Assembly: GCA_963793425.1 (NCBI GenBank)
Contig: CAWCAG010000005.1
Coordinates: forward strand, 160,001 to 224,000
Reading direction: 5' to 3'
DNA length: 64,000 nt
From: an uncultured cyanobacterium
GTDB lineage: Bacteria > Cyanobacteriota > Cyanobacteriia > Cyanobacteriales > CAWCAG01
Position 1 is the first letter of the stretch, and the number at the start of each line of letters is the position of its first letter. The notes under the pieces are model-generated. The model saw nothing but the letters and a program-made list of their open reading frames with translations. It did no database searches and was not told the origin of the DNA. The position numbers and the translations under genes were made by a program. Below are positions 42,115 to 52,575 of this stretch, one piece after another.

Positions 42115-42888
42115 TTAATAATGCTTATGAGTTAAAGAGTGGGGTTTTTCTAGACCGTGAGATTCCATCAATTTCTGGTCTGCCATGACTTCTTGGGGTT
42201 TGCCATCGGCAATTATTTTGCCTTCATCTAAGAGCAAAACGCGATCACAAACTTCCAAGATTAGCTCTAGATCATGGGAAGAAATAGCTAAGGTTTCTGG
42301 AGAATGTTGCAGAAACTCAATTAAGCGTCGTCTTGCCCGCAAGTCCAGGTTCGCGCTGGGTTCATCATACAAGACTAACTGTGGCTGCATGGCTAAAACA
42401 GTGGCGATCGCTGCCATACACTTCTCTCCCCCAGATAGTTGGTGAGGAACCCTATCTACAAGATGTTCTACTCCTGTAATTGCTAAAGCTTGTTGTACCC
42501 TAGTTTCAATTTCCTGGGCAGAAAGGCCCATATTCTCCGGACCAAAAGCGACATCATCCCTTACGCTGGTGCAGAAGAGTTGATCATCAGGATTTTGAAA
42601 TACCAAGCCAATTTCCGGGCGAAACTCCCCTGCTTCCATCGGTTTGTCGAAAAGCTTGATTGTTCCGGCAGCAGGAGCTAAAATACCGCAAATGGCAAGA
42701 AACAAGGTGGTTTTACCTGCTCCATTTGGTCCGATTACCCCAACTCTCTCCCCTGGAGAAATGCTCAGATGGAGGTTTTGCCAAATCAATCTCCCGTTAC
42801 TATAAAAAAAGCTGACATCTTCAAGAATAAGTGCTGCTTTCTCATGGGTTTTGATGACAATTTGTTGATTCGGCTGTTTAGTTACCAT
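42115..42888 (-). CDS. cbiO: ECF transporter ATPase (CbiO/NikO)
   Basis: GPNGAGKTT, FQNPDDQLF, LSGGEK, DEP. Confidence 0.9.
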   Translation of the reverse strand: MVTKQPNQQIVIKTHEKAALILEDVSFFYSNGRLIWQNLHLSISPGERVGVIGPNGAGKTTLFLAICGILAPAAGTIKLFDKPMEAGEFRPEIGLVFQNPDDQLFCTSVRDDVAFGPENMGLSAQEIETRVQQALAITGVEHLVDRVPHQLSGGEKCMAAIATVLAMQPQLVLYDEPSANLDLRARRRLIEFLQHSPETLAISSHDLELILEVCDRVLLLDEGKIIADGKPQEVMADQKLMESHGLEKPHSLTHKHY

Positions 42889-42894
42889 TGGTTA

Positions 42895-42926
42895 AAAGTT
42901 AAAGGTCAAAAGTCAAAAGTCAAAAG
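42895..42926. repeat. Heptamer tandem repeat (TCAAAAG)n
   Basis: Tandem units seen directly. Confidence 0.7.
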
Positions 42927-42965
42927 ATGTAATCTGTAGCTTGCTGCCAAGTTAGGGACGTTTTT

Positions 42966-43742
42966 CTAGGGAAACAAACTCAGAATTATTTCTGCACTGA
43001 CAAAGCCCAAAGCAAAAATTAAAGTTACGAGCAAAGCAATTTTATTTTGACCAGCTAGAGAATTCGGTTTCAAAGCGGAAGTGGGCTTTTGTCCATAACC
43101 TCTCAGAATCATCGCTTGGTAAACTCTCTTGGATTTTTCGTAACTACTTACCAGCAAACTTCCTGTTAAGCTAGCCAGAATTTTGAGATTACGGAGGCTA
43201 AACTTTTTGTTTTTGAAGCCTCGCATTTTCATTGCTCTTTGCCTGGTTTGTAAAGTGTCTCCTAATTCTTCTAGATAGCGATAGGACAGCAGCATCATAT
43301 CGACAATGGTGTCTGGCAAACCCAACGAACGCAGGGCTTTGATGCTAGTTAAAAAAGGTGCTGTCCCAAAAAGAATCAAACTAACAGTGAGAATACAAAG
43401 GAAGCGGGTAATAATTAATAAAACTTGTAAGCAGCCTTCTTGTTTTATTTCTAAGAAACCCAAGCTGAAAAGCGCTGTATCTCCTGCTACAAATGGTAAA
43501 AATATTACTACTCCTAAGATAAACCAACCAGGGTAACGTAGTCTTGATAATAAAAAAGAAAAAGGTAATCGGGATAAGTAAAAAAGAGTTGCCGTAAGTA
43601 GCAGCATTGCTGGCAGCAAAATTAAATGTTCTACGAAAGCAAAAGCGAAAATCAAAGGCAACAATGCTATTAGCTTAGAACGTTGTTCCCATTGATGAAT
43701 AACTGAGTCTAAATAAGCGTAACGATCCAGGGCTAATTTCAT
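42966..43742 (-). CDS. cbiQ: ECF transporter T component (CbiQ/NikQ)
   Basis: LSYRY, AMKMRG, AMILRG motifs. Confidence 0.9.
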   Translation of the reverse strand: MKLALDRYAYLDSVIHQWEQRSKLIALLPLIFAFAFVEHLILLPAMLLLTATLFYLSRLPFSFLLSRLRYPGWFILGVVIFLPFVAGDTALFSLGFLEIKQEGCLQVLLIITRFLCILTVSLILFGTAPFLTSIKALRSLGLPDTIVDMMLLSYRYLEELGDTLQTRQRAMKMRGFKNKKFSLRNLKILASLTGSLLVSSYEKSKRVYQAMILRGYGQKPTSALKPNSLAGQNKIALLVTLIFALGFVSAEIILSLFP

Positions 43743-43763
43743 TTCGCTATTGGTGATAAATGA

Positions 43764-44402
43764 CTAGTTTTCTAATAGTTCTGGCTTTACTTGTTGCAAG
43801 AAAGAAACTAACATTACTGTAAAAATTCCTTCGAGTATTGCGAGTATGCCGTAGGCAACAAGAGAGGCAGAAACAGCCGCTATTTCTGCTTGAGCATTAA
43901 TATCACTGGAGATATTGGTGATAACTAATAATGTATAGAGTGAAGCACCTAAAGCTATACCACTAAAACCAGCTAAGAAAGCACAAATTCCTCGCCAAGA
44001 TGGTTTGTTATGTCCTAAACGATGTCGAAGGTGAAAAATGTGATGAGCTAAAAGGGCGGGAAGCCCCATGATTATGGCATTAATTCCCAAGGTAGATAAG
44101 CCTCCATGTTGAAACATCACTGCTTGGAAAAACAGCCCGATGAGAATAGCCGGGAAAGCGTAGTAGCCCAAAATAGCCCCCATCAGACCATTCAAGATTA
44201 AATGAACACTGGTAGGAGGTAGAGGAATATGGATTAAGGAAGCTAGAAAGAAAGCGGCAGTGAGTAAGGAGGCTTTGGGAATTTGTTCTTGAGAATTTTT
44301 ACTGCGGTTGATTTGAGTTAAGGAATACCAAGTTATTCCTCCAGTGGCCCCATAGCCAGCGATCGCAATACTAGGGGGAAGAAGACCATCGGGGATGTGC
44401 AT
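43764..44402 (-). CDS. cbiM: ECF S component CbiM/NikM
   Basis: MHIPDG metal-binding N-terminus, SVHL, QHGGLSTLG. Confidence 0.92.
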   Translation of the reverse strand: MHIPDGLLPPSIAIAGYGATGGITWYSLTQINRSKNSQEQIPKASLLTAAFFLASLIHIPLPPTSVHLILNGLMGAILGYYAFPAILIGLFFQAVMFQHGGLSTLGINAIIMGLPALLAHHIFHLRHRLGHNKPSWRGICAFLAGFSGIALGASLYTLLVITNISSDINAQAEIAAVSASLVAYGILAILEGIFTVMLVSFLQQVKPELLEN

Positions 44403-44404
44403 GG

Positions 44405-44884
44405 TTATTGAGTCTTCCTCCTAGCGAAGAATAGGGCTGTACCGACAAATCCCCAGGCACTAGTCACCCCTAAAAGGGCTTTTTGTAAGGGAGTGTAATC
44501 ACTTGCCCCTGTTGCCCAAGAGTTACTGGTTACAGAGGTAGTAATGCCTTCTTCATCTATGGGAATACTGACGATGCTACCGTGGCCTGCTTGGCGTACT
44601 TTAATATCCCAGTCGCCTTGTTGTTCTGTGTCTGGAGTGAAGCTAAAGCGACCTTCTTCATCTGTTGTTCCTTTACTCCAAGGCTTTGCCGGATCTTCAG
44701 GGCTGTAAATTACTACCTGGGCATTAGCCATCGGTTCATTGTTGTCGTAGGTTGCTTGAATTTCGATAGTCTTGGCTTCGCGATAATCAATTTTGCTACC
44801 ATGGGCAATGGCCTTAGTTGACCAAGGCAACAAAGAGATACAAAAAAAAGGAAGCAGATATTTCCACTGGTTTTGAGTCATCAA
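44405..44884 (-). CDS. Exported accessory subunit of the Ni/Co ECF system (CbiL/NikL-like)
   Basis: Signal peptide ending A-H, GTTDEEGRFSF, QAGHG, C-terminal TM anchor; 2 bp from cbiM. Confidence 0.75.
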   Translation of the reverse strand: MMTQNQWKYLLPFFCISLLPWSTKAIAHGSKIDYREAKTIEIQATYDNNEPMANAQVVIYSPEDPAKPWSKGTTDEEGRFSFTPDTEQQGDWDIKVRQAGHGSIVSIPIDEEGITTSVTSNSWATGASDYTPLQKALLGVTSAWGFVGTALFFARRKTQ

Positions 44885-44929
44885 AGTAAGGGTGTAAGGG
44901 TGTGGGGGTGTGGGGGTGTAGGGGGGTAA

Positions 44930-45063
44930 ACTGACAAAACTTTTGGAAGGCTTATTATCCCGTAGGTTGGGTAGAACAAAGTGAAACCCAACAAAATGTT
45001 TATTGGTGTTGGGTTTCGTCGCCTCAACCCAACCTACTTGATGATCTTTTGTCAGTCAATCAG
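44930..45063. mobile_element. MITE-like element containing a REPIN-like doublet
   Basis: Outer IR ACTGACAAAA (44930-44939) / TTTTGTCAGT (45047-45056); inner GTAGGTTGGG...CCCAACCTAC (44962-45037). Confidence 0.65.
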
Positions 45064-45176
45064 GGGTAAAGGGTAAAGGGTAAGGCTCAAAGAATCAACA
45101 TTTGCTCATAAAAGCTATCCTAAAATTTTGCTTTGACAGAACACTAGTGACAGGTAGAAATAATATTACCTATTAC

Positions 45177-46022
45177 CTATTCCTTGTTGCCTGATTCATA
45201 GAGACAATGCCCTTCTCCTACGTGTCCTAAACCTATTAAGGCTTTTTCTAAAGTTTGGTAATCTTGATCAGAAAGTTGAGATTTTAAGGTTGTTTGATCA
45301 ACGTTTAATTTTCCATTTTCAGCCAATGCTGCTAAGGGTTCAAACCCGATAGCACCTTGATTAATTTCCTCATCAGCTTCTGCTTCTGCATCCCCGAAAA
45401 TATGATCAAAATGAAAAGTTGTTTCCACTTCAGCTTGTTGTTCAGATTGGACAATTCCTTTGCGATCTTCACCAACAAATTCGCCACAAGTATAATTTGC
45501 TTGAGGGTTAAGTTTGATTTGGAAATCTACAGTTTGATTTTCTTTCTTGGCCTGACCAGCCAAGACAATCGTGTTTCCTTCTGCTTCTCCTGATTCTGCT
45601 TTAGCTAGTTTCCAAGCCAAGGCATTATAAGTACCAGGAGGAACTTCTTTTTCAGTAACTAATATTGGGTCTGCATCACTAGCTCCGGCGGCAAGATCAA
45701 CAGTTTCTGGAGCTGCGATTAAGGTTACTTCTTCTTCTGCTTCGATCTCGTTATCAGATTCTGGCTCAAAAGGAGAGGAGGTTTGGTAAGCTTTAACATC
45801 AGTCAAGGTGACGTAAACTTTGTCAAAATCGATTTGCCAATTATCTTTGGTTACAAAACCATTTCTTACAAAGTCTTCACCATTAGCTACTAAAGCTAAA
45901 GTTCCCGGAGTTTGAGAACTTTCGTTTGCAGTTTCTTGTTTAATTTGATTCTGTGCTGCACAACTAACTAATAGAGTAGTAGCTAAGCAAACCAAATTTG
46001 TTTTCTGAAAAATACTTTTCAT
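45177..46022 (-). CDS. Acidic lipoprotein (DUF4382-like), probable metal-binding partner of the ECF system
   Basis: Lipobox LVSC, ANGEDFVR, TTFHFDHIFGD, GHVGEGHC; ORF track start 46070. Confidence 0.75.
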   Translation of the reverse strand: MKSIFQKTNLVCLATTLLVSCAAQNQIKQETANESSQTPGTLALVANGEDFVRNGFVTKDNWQIDFDKVYVTLTDVKAYQTSSPFEPESDNEIEAEEEVTLIAAPETVDLAAGASDADPILVTEKEVPPGTYNALAWKLAKAESGEAEGNTIVLAGQAKKENQTVDFQIKLNPQANYTCGEFVGEDRKGIVQSEQQAEVETTFHFDHIFGDAEAEADEEINQGAIGFEPLAALAENGKLNVDQTTLKSQLSDQDYQTLEKALIGLGHVGEGHCLYESGNKE

Positions 46023-46096
46023 TAGCTTGCTAAGCATTAAAGAGAGAGTAGTTTGTTTTACCTTAATCATTTTTCAACTTTTTTGTAATATTTGCA

Positions 46097-46114
46097 ATGC
46101 CCCTAGAGGGGATT
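46097..46114. promoter_or_regulatory. Candidate CsoR/RcnR-family operator
   Basis: CCCC-TAGA-GGGG palindrome in AT-rich DNA upstream of the metal uptake cluster. Confidence 0.35.
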
Positions 46115-46246
46115 TAAAGAGTTTTTTAGAGTCATTAATACTTTCTTTAAAAACGAGGTTTTTTATTGTTTTTTTGTTATAATAGCCAAACCAAAAAAGA
46201 TATTTTTATATTACTTATTACCTATTACTTATTACCTAATTATTGA

Positions 46247-47907
46247 ATGCCCAACAGCTTCATCAATAAACAAAAAATATCCATGGAAACCCGCGATGGT
46301 GTGCGGTTAGATGCAGATGTGTATTACCCTCAAGAAAAGGGAGACTATCCTGTACTATTGATGCGGCAACCCTATGGTAGAGCGATCGCCTCTACGGTAG
46401 TCTATAATCATCCTAGTTGGTATGCAGCACAAGGTTATCTGGTTGTTATTCAGGATGTGCGAGGTAGGGGAACTTCTCAAGGGAAATTTGACCTCTTTGC
46501 CAAGGAAATTGAGGATGGTTATGACAGTGTAGTTTGGGCATCACAGCTTCCTGGTAGTACAAGAGATGTGGGGATGTACGGCTTTTCCTATCAAGGTATG
46601 ACCCAATTATATGCTGCCATTGCAGAGCCTAGTCCTTTAAAAACTATTTGTCCGGCGATGGTAGCGGGAGATTTGTATGCAGACTGGGCTTATGAAGGAA
46701 GGGCATTTTGTCTGCATACCAACTTGGCATGGGCAATACAGTTAGCTGCCGAGACGACTCGTTTACAAGGAGATGAAGAGGCTTTCAACCGTCTTCACAG
46801 TGCTTCTCGTCACCTTCCCTTCTACGATCCTCAACCTTCTCGCCCTCATATTCTCACAGAGTTGCCCCAGATTCTTTTTACCATCAATGGTTAGATATTC
46901 CTCCCCAAGACTCCTACTGGCAGAAGCTTTCTCCTCAAGGATTAATAGAGAGAGTGGACTTACCCATGTTGCATATTGGGGGTTGGTTCGATACCTATTT
47001 ACGTGGCACTCTACGGCTTTATCACCACATGGCTAAAGGTAACAAACCTCAACATTTAATTATTGGCCCTTGGGGACATTTACCTTGGGGACGCAAAGTT
47101 GGGGCAAAAGATTATGGGGCATCGGCTATCAGCCCCATTGATGAGATGCAAATTCGTTGGTTTGATTATTTTCTCAAAGGTAAAGATACAGGGATTAAAC
47201 AAGAGAAGCCCGTTCACTTATTTGCAATGGGTAGCAATCAATGGCGTTACTACACAGAATTTCCTAATCATCAAAAACAAATTTATTATTTAGTAAGTAA
47301 TGGTTTAGCTAGTGTTAGGGAGGATGCAGGAAGATTGTGCAAACTTCCTGACCCTAATAGCCTTTCATCAGATACCATTGTCAGCGATCCTTGGCGTGCC
47401 GTACCTTCTTTAGGAGGACATTCCAGCTTTCCCTCTGGCTCTTTTGAACGTGGTAGCATTGACAGTCGTAGCGATGTTTTAACCTATACATCTGACCCTT
47501 TGCAGGAAGATTTACAGATAATTGGGACAGTAGTGGTAGAGATTTACTGCTTTGCTGATGCACCTAGTTTCGACGTTTGCGCCATCCTATCTGAAGTGCA
47601 AGAAGATGGTGAAGTTTACAATTTCTGCCAAGGTTATCTTCGCGTTGATGCAGAAGAGTTACCCATCAAAATCCCTTTGCAAACTACTTCCATGGTAATT
47701 ACCAAAGGGAAAGCTTTGCGCCTCAGCTTAAGTGCAACCTGTTTTCCTGCTTATCCTATCAATCCTGGTACAGGAAAACCACCTGGAAAAACTACTTTGA
47801 TTGAGTCGAGAGTAATTACTTTAAATGTTAGCAGCAATGAAGATAGTGTTTGTCGGCTATTACTTCCCAAAGCAACAGCAGTCAATGGTGACGGAGAGAA
47901 TCTATAA
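46247..47907 (+). pseudogene. CocE/NonD family hydrolase split by a 1-bp frameshift (or sequencing error)
   Basis: 5' ORF has RQPYGR, QDVRGRG, GFSYQG; 3' ORF has GGWFD, GPWGH; the frames join at about 46862-46864. Confidence 0.85.
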
Positions 47908-47991
47908 ATGTTTAATGTTAATGCTCAATGTTTAATGTTAATGCTCAATGTTCAATGTTCAATGTTTAATGTTAATGCTCAATGTTCAATG
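47907..47991. repeat. AATGTTC-type tandem repeat with a 20-bp higher-order unit
   Basis: AATGTTTAATGTTAATGCTC three times plus AATGTTC units. Confidence 0.85.
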
Positions 47992-48986
47992 AAAAACGTT
48001 TCTCCTAAAGACAACCTCATGCCGTTAATAAAATCTGCCCCTGATTGAGCTTTTTTTCCTGCGGGTTGTAATTCTCTTAATAGTAATAATCCTTCACCAG
48101 TTTGGATTATGGGGCCAAGTTTTTTGGCTAAGTAAACTACTTCTCCGGGGCTTCCTTTTAGGGATAATAATTCTTCTTCTTGTTGAGACAAAGCCGCTAT
48201 TTTTGGAGGCAGTTGCTGCCAATATCTTTTACCCAAAGGTGCAGAGGCTTTAATTTTGAGCTTTTTACCCCGAAAAGATGTGGCACAGTTAGGAAAAAAT
48301 CCTCTTATTTGATTATGGAGGGCGATTCCACTACGCAACCAGTCTAGTTCGTAATCTGATTTCTTAATCAAGGGTGCGTAAGTTGCTTGGGAGTTATCTT
48401 GGGGAATAGGCTTAATGTCACCTTGATCAAGTTTTAAAAGGGTAGAAATAAGGAGATTCGCTGCAATATCAGCTAAATTTTCTGCCAAGTCACGGGCATT
48501 ATCGAGGAGTCTGATGGGAGTATGTTGTTTCAATAACATATCCCCTGTATCCATCCCTGCATCCATCAACATAGCCGTCATACCTGTTTCTGCTTCCCCG
48601 TTATACAAACACCATTGAATGGGTGCAGCACCGCGATATTGGGGCAAAATAGAGCCATGACCATTAATGCAACCCAAAGGAGGTATGTTGAGGATTTCTG
48701 GAGAAAGTATTTGTCCGTAAGCAACGACAACAAAGGCATCTGCTTCACTGGTTTTAAGTTTAGCTAAAGTTTCTGCATCTTTTTTTATACGTCGAGGTTG
48801 CCAAACTGGTAAATCAAAATCAAGGGCAACTTTTTTAACTGCTGAGGGGATTAATTGTTTTCCCCTACCTCGTGGTTTGTCCGGTTGAGTAACAACTCCT
48901 AAAACTTCTATTTCTGGCTGCTGTAGGAAACATTTTAAGGTGGGAACAGCAAATTGTGGCGTACCAAAAAAGATGATCTTAAGCAT
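47979..48986 (-). CDS. fmt: Methionyl-tRNA formyltransferase
   Basis: [48 protein letters not shown] track start 49055. Confidence 0.97.
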   Translation of the reverse strand: MLKIIFFGTPQFAVPTLKCFLQQPEIEVLGVVTQPDKPRGRGKQLIPSAVKKVALDFDLPVWQPRRIKKDAETLAKLKTSEADAFVVVAYGQILSPEILNIPPLGCINGHGSILPQYRGAAPIQWCLYNGEAETGMTAMLMDAGMDTGDMLLKQHTPIRLLDNARDLAENLADIAANLLISTLLKLDQGDIKPIPQDNSQATYAPLIKKSDYELDWLRSGIALHNQIRGFFPNCATSFRGKKLKIKASAPLGKRYWQQLPPKIAALSQQEEELLSLKGSPGEVVYLAKKLGPIIQTGEGLLLLRELQPAGKKAQSGADFINGMRLSLGETFFIEH

Positions 48987-49008
48987 TAGGAATTGGTTAA
49001 GGAAAATA

Positions 49009-49785
49009 CTAACGAAAGAGTTTAGGGTAAATTTGCCGCCAAGCCAAGATAGCAAAAACTGCCATCCACAATAATAACCATAAGATGGAAAGCCACCAAT
49101 GATCCGGCAAAATAATTGGCCAGCGTAATAAATCTACTAAAGAAGCTAGAGGTAAAACATTTGCTATATTCCTCAACATAGGGGGCAAAGTATCACGGGG
49201 AAAGTAAGTACCGCAGAGGGTGAACATAGGAATTATGATTAAAAAAAGCGGTACATTAATTTGATCTACAGTGCGTACACTACCAGCGGTGAGTAGTCCT
49301 CCGGCTGCGAATAAAAGACTTCCTAAAAGAATAATCGGTAAAGATAATAATAAATCCCAAGGGGAATAAAGTCCCCAAATTACAGCAACAATTCCTGTCA
49401 TTATTCCGGCAATTATTCCTTTGGTTGTAGCCCACAACCAATCCCCTAAAAAGACTTCTGTAAAGGTCAAGGGTGCTGTCAATAAACCATGCCAAGTTTT
49501 TTGGAAACTGAGGCGAATAAAACAGCCAAAACCACCTTCAAAAAAAGATTGGAAAAGGATGCCAATAGCCATCATACCAGGAGCAATAAATTTTAAATAA
49601 GTAACCCTTTCTCCTTGGTAATTTACCTCTCCTACTAAAGGAGATAAGCCAAAACCAAAGGCAACTAAATAGATAATCGGCTCTGAGACTGGGAGTAGGG
49701 AATTAACTAACCAGGTTTTTTGGTAAACTTTGGCGTGTCGCCGCCAAACTGAGTAAACACCCCACAAGGTTATATTGTTTATCAT
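49009..49785 (-). CDS. ABC-2 type exporter permease (NodJ-like)
   Basis: [24 protein letters not shown]; about 6 TM helices. Confidence 0.88.
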   Translation of the reverse strand: MINNITLWGVYSVWRRHAKVYQKTWLVNSLLPVSEPIIYLVAFGFGLSPLVGEVNYQGERVTYLKFIAPGMMAIGILFQSFFEGGFGCFIRLSFQKTWHGLLTAPLTFTEVFLGDWLWATTKGIIAGIMTGIVAVIWGLYSPWDLLLSLPIILLGSLLFAAGGLLTAGSVRTVDQINVPLFLIIIPMFTLCGTYFPRDTLPPMLRNIANVLPLASLVDLLRWPIILPDHWWLSILWLLLWMAVFAILAWRQIYPKLFR

Positions 49786-49812
49786 TAAAGATTTTTGGTG
49801 TGATATTAATTA

Positions 49813-49854
49813 AAAAACTGTAGAGGAGTTTTTAAAAACATCTCTACAGTTTTT
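49813..49854. terminator. REP-like hairpin / terminator downstream of ugd
   Basis: AAAAACTGTAGAG / CTCTACAGTTTTT. Confidence 0.65.
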
Positions 49855-49895
49855 ATTTTAGGTGGGGGCGTTTGCTCTATTCCCCACTCCCTTCT

Positions 49896-51281
49896 TCACT
49901 TACCAATACCGATATAACGGAAACCAGCTTTTTCTGCTGCTTTTTTATCGAGGAAGTTACGACCGTCAATAATCACAGGATTATTCATGTGCTTCGCTAA
50001 AGCTTCGTAATCTAATTCAGCAAATTGTTGCCAATCGGTGACTAAAACTAAAGCATCACAACGATCCGCTAACATATTAATCTCTGTCTCAACAATTACT
50101 CCAGATAAACCATGACTCATGCCACTCTGGGAAACAATGGGGTCATAGGCTTTGACTTTTGCACCAAGACGATTAAGTTCTTCAATAAGGTTCAAAGCTG
50201 GGGCATCTCGCATATCATCGGTGTCTGGTTTAAAGGTTAAACCGAGTAAACCAACGACTTTACCTTTAAGGATTTTTAGTTCCTTTTGTAACTTCTCCAA
50301 AGCAATTACTCGCTGGCGTTGATTAACACTAACTGCACTTTTGAGTAACTCTGCTTCATAACCATAATCATCAGCAGTATGAATTAAAGCAGAAACATCT
50401 TTAGGGAAACAAGAACCCCCCCAACCAATACCCGCTTGTAAAAACTTGCTACCAATACGGGAATCTAAACCAATCCCCGCCGCTACTTGAGTAACATCAG
50501 CACCGACGCGATCGCAGATATTAGCTACTTCATTAATGAAGCTAATTTTGGTAGCCAAAAAGGAGTTAGCCGCATATTTAATCATCTCAGCAGAGTTGAG
50601 ATCTGTTTCTACCACAGGAACTTGCGGTAAGGATTTATCGTCGCTAAATTCCCTAGAAACTAAGGGTGCATAGAGTTTCTGCATCATTGCTAAAGCTTTT
50701 TCGCTATTGCTGCCTAGAACAATGCGATCTGGGTTAAAGGTATCATAAACTGCTGAGCCTTCCCGGAGAAATTCTGGGTTACTAACCACATCAAATTCCG
50801 CCGCAATTTTTTCCATCACCTCAGTGCCACCACCAGAAGTAACTAAAGATTTTTGGCGCTCTGCCACACCATCTAAAACAATCATCCTTACCCAGTCACC
50901 AGAACCGATAGGAACCGTAGATTTATTAACTATAACCTTATAACCATCTTTTAAATGAGCGCCAATGCCCCTGGCTACAGCCTCTACATAACGGGTATCA
51001 CTTTCTCCTGTTGGTAAAGGAGGAGTTCCCACCGCAACAAAGAGAATTTCGCCATGATCTACCCCAGCTTCCAAATCCGCAGAAAACTTTAAACGTCCTG
51101 ATTCGGCAGAAGATTTCATTAAATCTGAGAGTCCTGGTTCATAAATGGGGGATTGCCCTGACTGCATTAACTTAACTTTTTGTTCGTTGTTGTCAATGCA
51201 AATAACTTCATGTCCTATATGAGAAAGACATACACCTGTAACCAAACCAACGTATCCAGTACCAATAACACAAACGCGCAT
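49896..51281 (-). CDS. ugd: UDP-glucose 6-dehydrogenase
   Basis: VIGTGYVG, KSTVP, NPEFLREG, GGSCFPKD; ORF track start 51314. Confidence 0.96.
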   Translation of the reverse strand: MRVCVIGTGYVGLVTGVCLSHIGHEVICIDNNEQKVKLMQSGQSPIYEPGLSDLMKSSAESGRLKFSADLEAGVDHGEILFVAVGTPPLPTGESDTRYVEAVARGIGAHLKDGYKVIVNKSTVPIGSGDWVRMIVLDGVAERQKSLVTSGGGTEVMEKIAAEFDVVSNPEFLREGSAVYDTFNPDRIVLGSNSEKALAMMQKLYAPLVSREFSDDKSLPQVPVVETDLNSAEMIKYAANSFLATKISFINEVANICDRVGADVTQVAAGIGLDSRIGSKFLQAGIGWGGSCFPKDVSALIHTADDYGYEAELLKSAVSVNQRQRVIALEKLQKELKILKGKVVGLLGLTFKPDTDDMRDAPALNLIEELNRLGAKVKAYDPIVSQSGMSHGLSGVIVETEINMLADRCDALVLVTDWQQFAELDYEALAKHMNNPVIIDGRNFLDKKAAEKAGFRYIGIGK

Positions 51282-51398
51282 AGAATGAATCCTCAAAGAA
51301 CAGTAGTTAAACAAGTTTTTCTGACTACCAAGAATCTAGACAGTAGTCTTGGTGACAAAGAAGATTGCAGTGGGCAGAAAAAAACTAAATTTCCTATT

Positions 51399-52328
51399 TT
51401 ATTTACCTAAGCGGTTACTAAAATCCTCTATGGTTAGTTTTAGCCCCTCTTTAAGAGCAATAGTAGGTTCCCAGCCAAGAATTGTTTTAGCTTTGGTAAT
51501 ATCTGGTTGTCGCTGTTTAGGATCGTCTTGGGGTAGGGGTTTATAAACAATTTCTGCATCAGGGTTGATCATGTTTTGAATGGTTTGAGCCAATTCTAAA
51601 ATCGTATATTCACCAGGATTGCCAATGTTAACAGGGCCAATACAATCGCTATTCATCAAGCGGATAAATCCCTCTACAAGGTCAGATACATAGCAAAAGC
51701 TACGGGTTTGGGAACCATCACCGTATACAGTTAAGGGTTCTTTTTGCAAAGCTTGAACAATAAAATTGCTAACCACTCGCCCATCATGTTCTAACATTCT
51801 AGGGCCGTAGGTATTAAAAATACGTACTACCCTGATATCCACACCATTTTGACGATGATAATCAAAAGCGAGGGTTTCTGCCACTCTTTTTCCTTCGTCG
51901 TAGCAAGACCGAATGCCGATACAATTGACATTGCCTCGATATTCTTCCGGTTGAGGATGGACATCAGGATCACCATACACTTCAGAAGTGGAAGCCAAAA
52001 AAAACCTTGCCTTCACCCGCTTGGCTAAACCCAGCATATTTAAAGTGCCGATCACATTCGTTTTAATGGTTTTTACCGGATTGAATTGGTAATGAACCGG
52101 AGAAGCAGGACAAGCAAGATGATAAATTTGGTCTACTTCCAAACGAATAGGTTCGGTAATATCGTGACGAATTAGCTCAAAATAGGGATTATCCAGCCAC
52201 TTAAGAATATTTCTTTTGTGGCCAGTATAGAAGTTATCAAGACACAGCACTTCATGGCCCTGCGTCATTAATCTATCGATAAGATGGGAACCAATAAAAC
52301 CGGCACCACCCGTTACCAGGATTCTCAT
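51399..52328 (-). CDS. UDP-glucuronate decarboxylase (UDP-xylose synthase) family SDR
   Basis: [33 protein letters not shown]. Confidence 0.95.
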   Translation of the reverse strand: MRILVTGGAGFIGSHLIDRLMTQGHEVLCLDNFYTGHKRNILKWLDNPYFELIRHDITEPIRLEVDQIYHLACPASPVHYQFNPVKTIKTNVIGTLNMLGLAKRVKARFFLASTSEVYGDPDVHPQPEEYRGNVNCIGIRSCYDEGKRVAETLAFDYHRQNGVDIRVVRIFNTYGPRMLEHDGRVVSNFIVQALQKEPLTVYGDGSQTRSFCYVSDLVEGFIRLMNSDCIGPVNIGNPGEYTILELAQTIQNMINPDAEIVYKPLPQDDPKQRQPDITKAKTILGWEPTIALKEGLKLTIEDFSNRLGK

Positions 52329-52456
52329 AACTGACTCTGTTGGGACTTAAACCAATCCTAAGTTAACTTTAGAAATCTTTAATGTCTAGATAGTCTAGTA
52401 TTTATACAAAGGTTATGGCTTTATGACCTCATACTTGATCGTTTGATTATACAAGT

Positions 52457-52465
52457 AGTATTCCC
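52457..52465 (-). promoter_or_regulatory. Candidate J-box upstream of uxs-ugd
   Basis: Exact GGGAATACT on the minus strand, about 130 bp upstream of the start. Confidence 0.5.
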
Positions 52466-52575
52466 AATTGCTGTTGTAACTTTACCGAAAGAGTAGTGTG
52501 ATAATTTTGTACTCTATTCCTGGATTAAAATCCACAGATTATTAGGAATCAATACTGAGTCCGGTGAAAGATGCC

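Noticed and set aside
44561..44569. J-box inside the CbiL-like gene as a real promoter
   Set aside because: Intragenic and antisense; compatible with chance
46071..46246. Cobalamin or NiCo riboswitch before the ECF cluster
   Set aside because: Short, very AT-rich region with no B12 box or multi-stem structure visible
46773..47036. 87-aa ORF bridging the CocE halves
   Set aside because: It is in the third frame; the CocE-like continuation is in the frame of the 46954 ORF
47907..47991. CRISPR array
   Set aside because: Contiguous 6-7-bp units with no unique spacers and no cas genes
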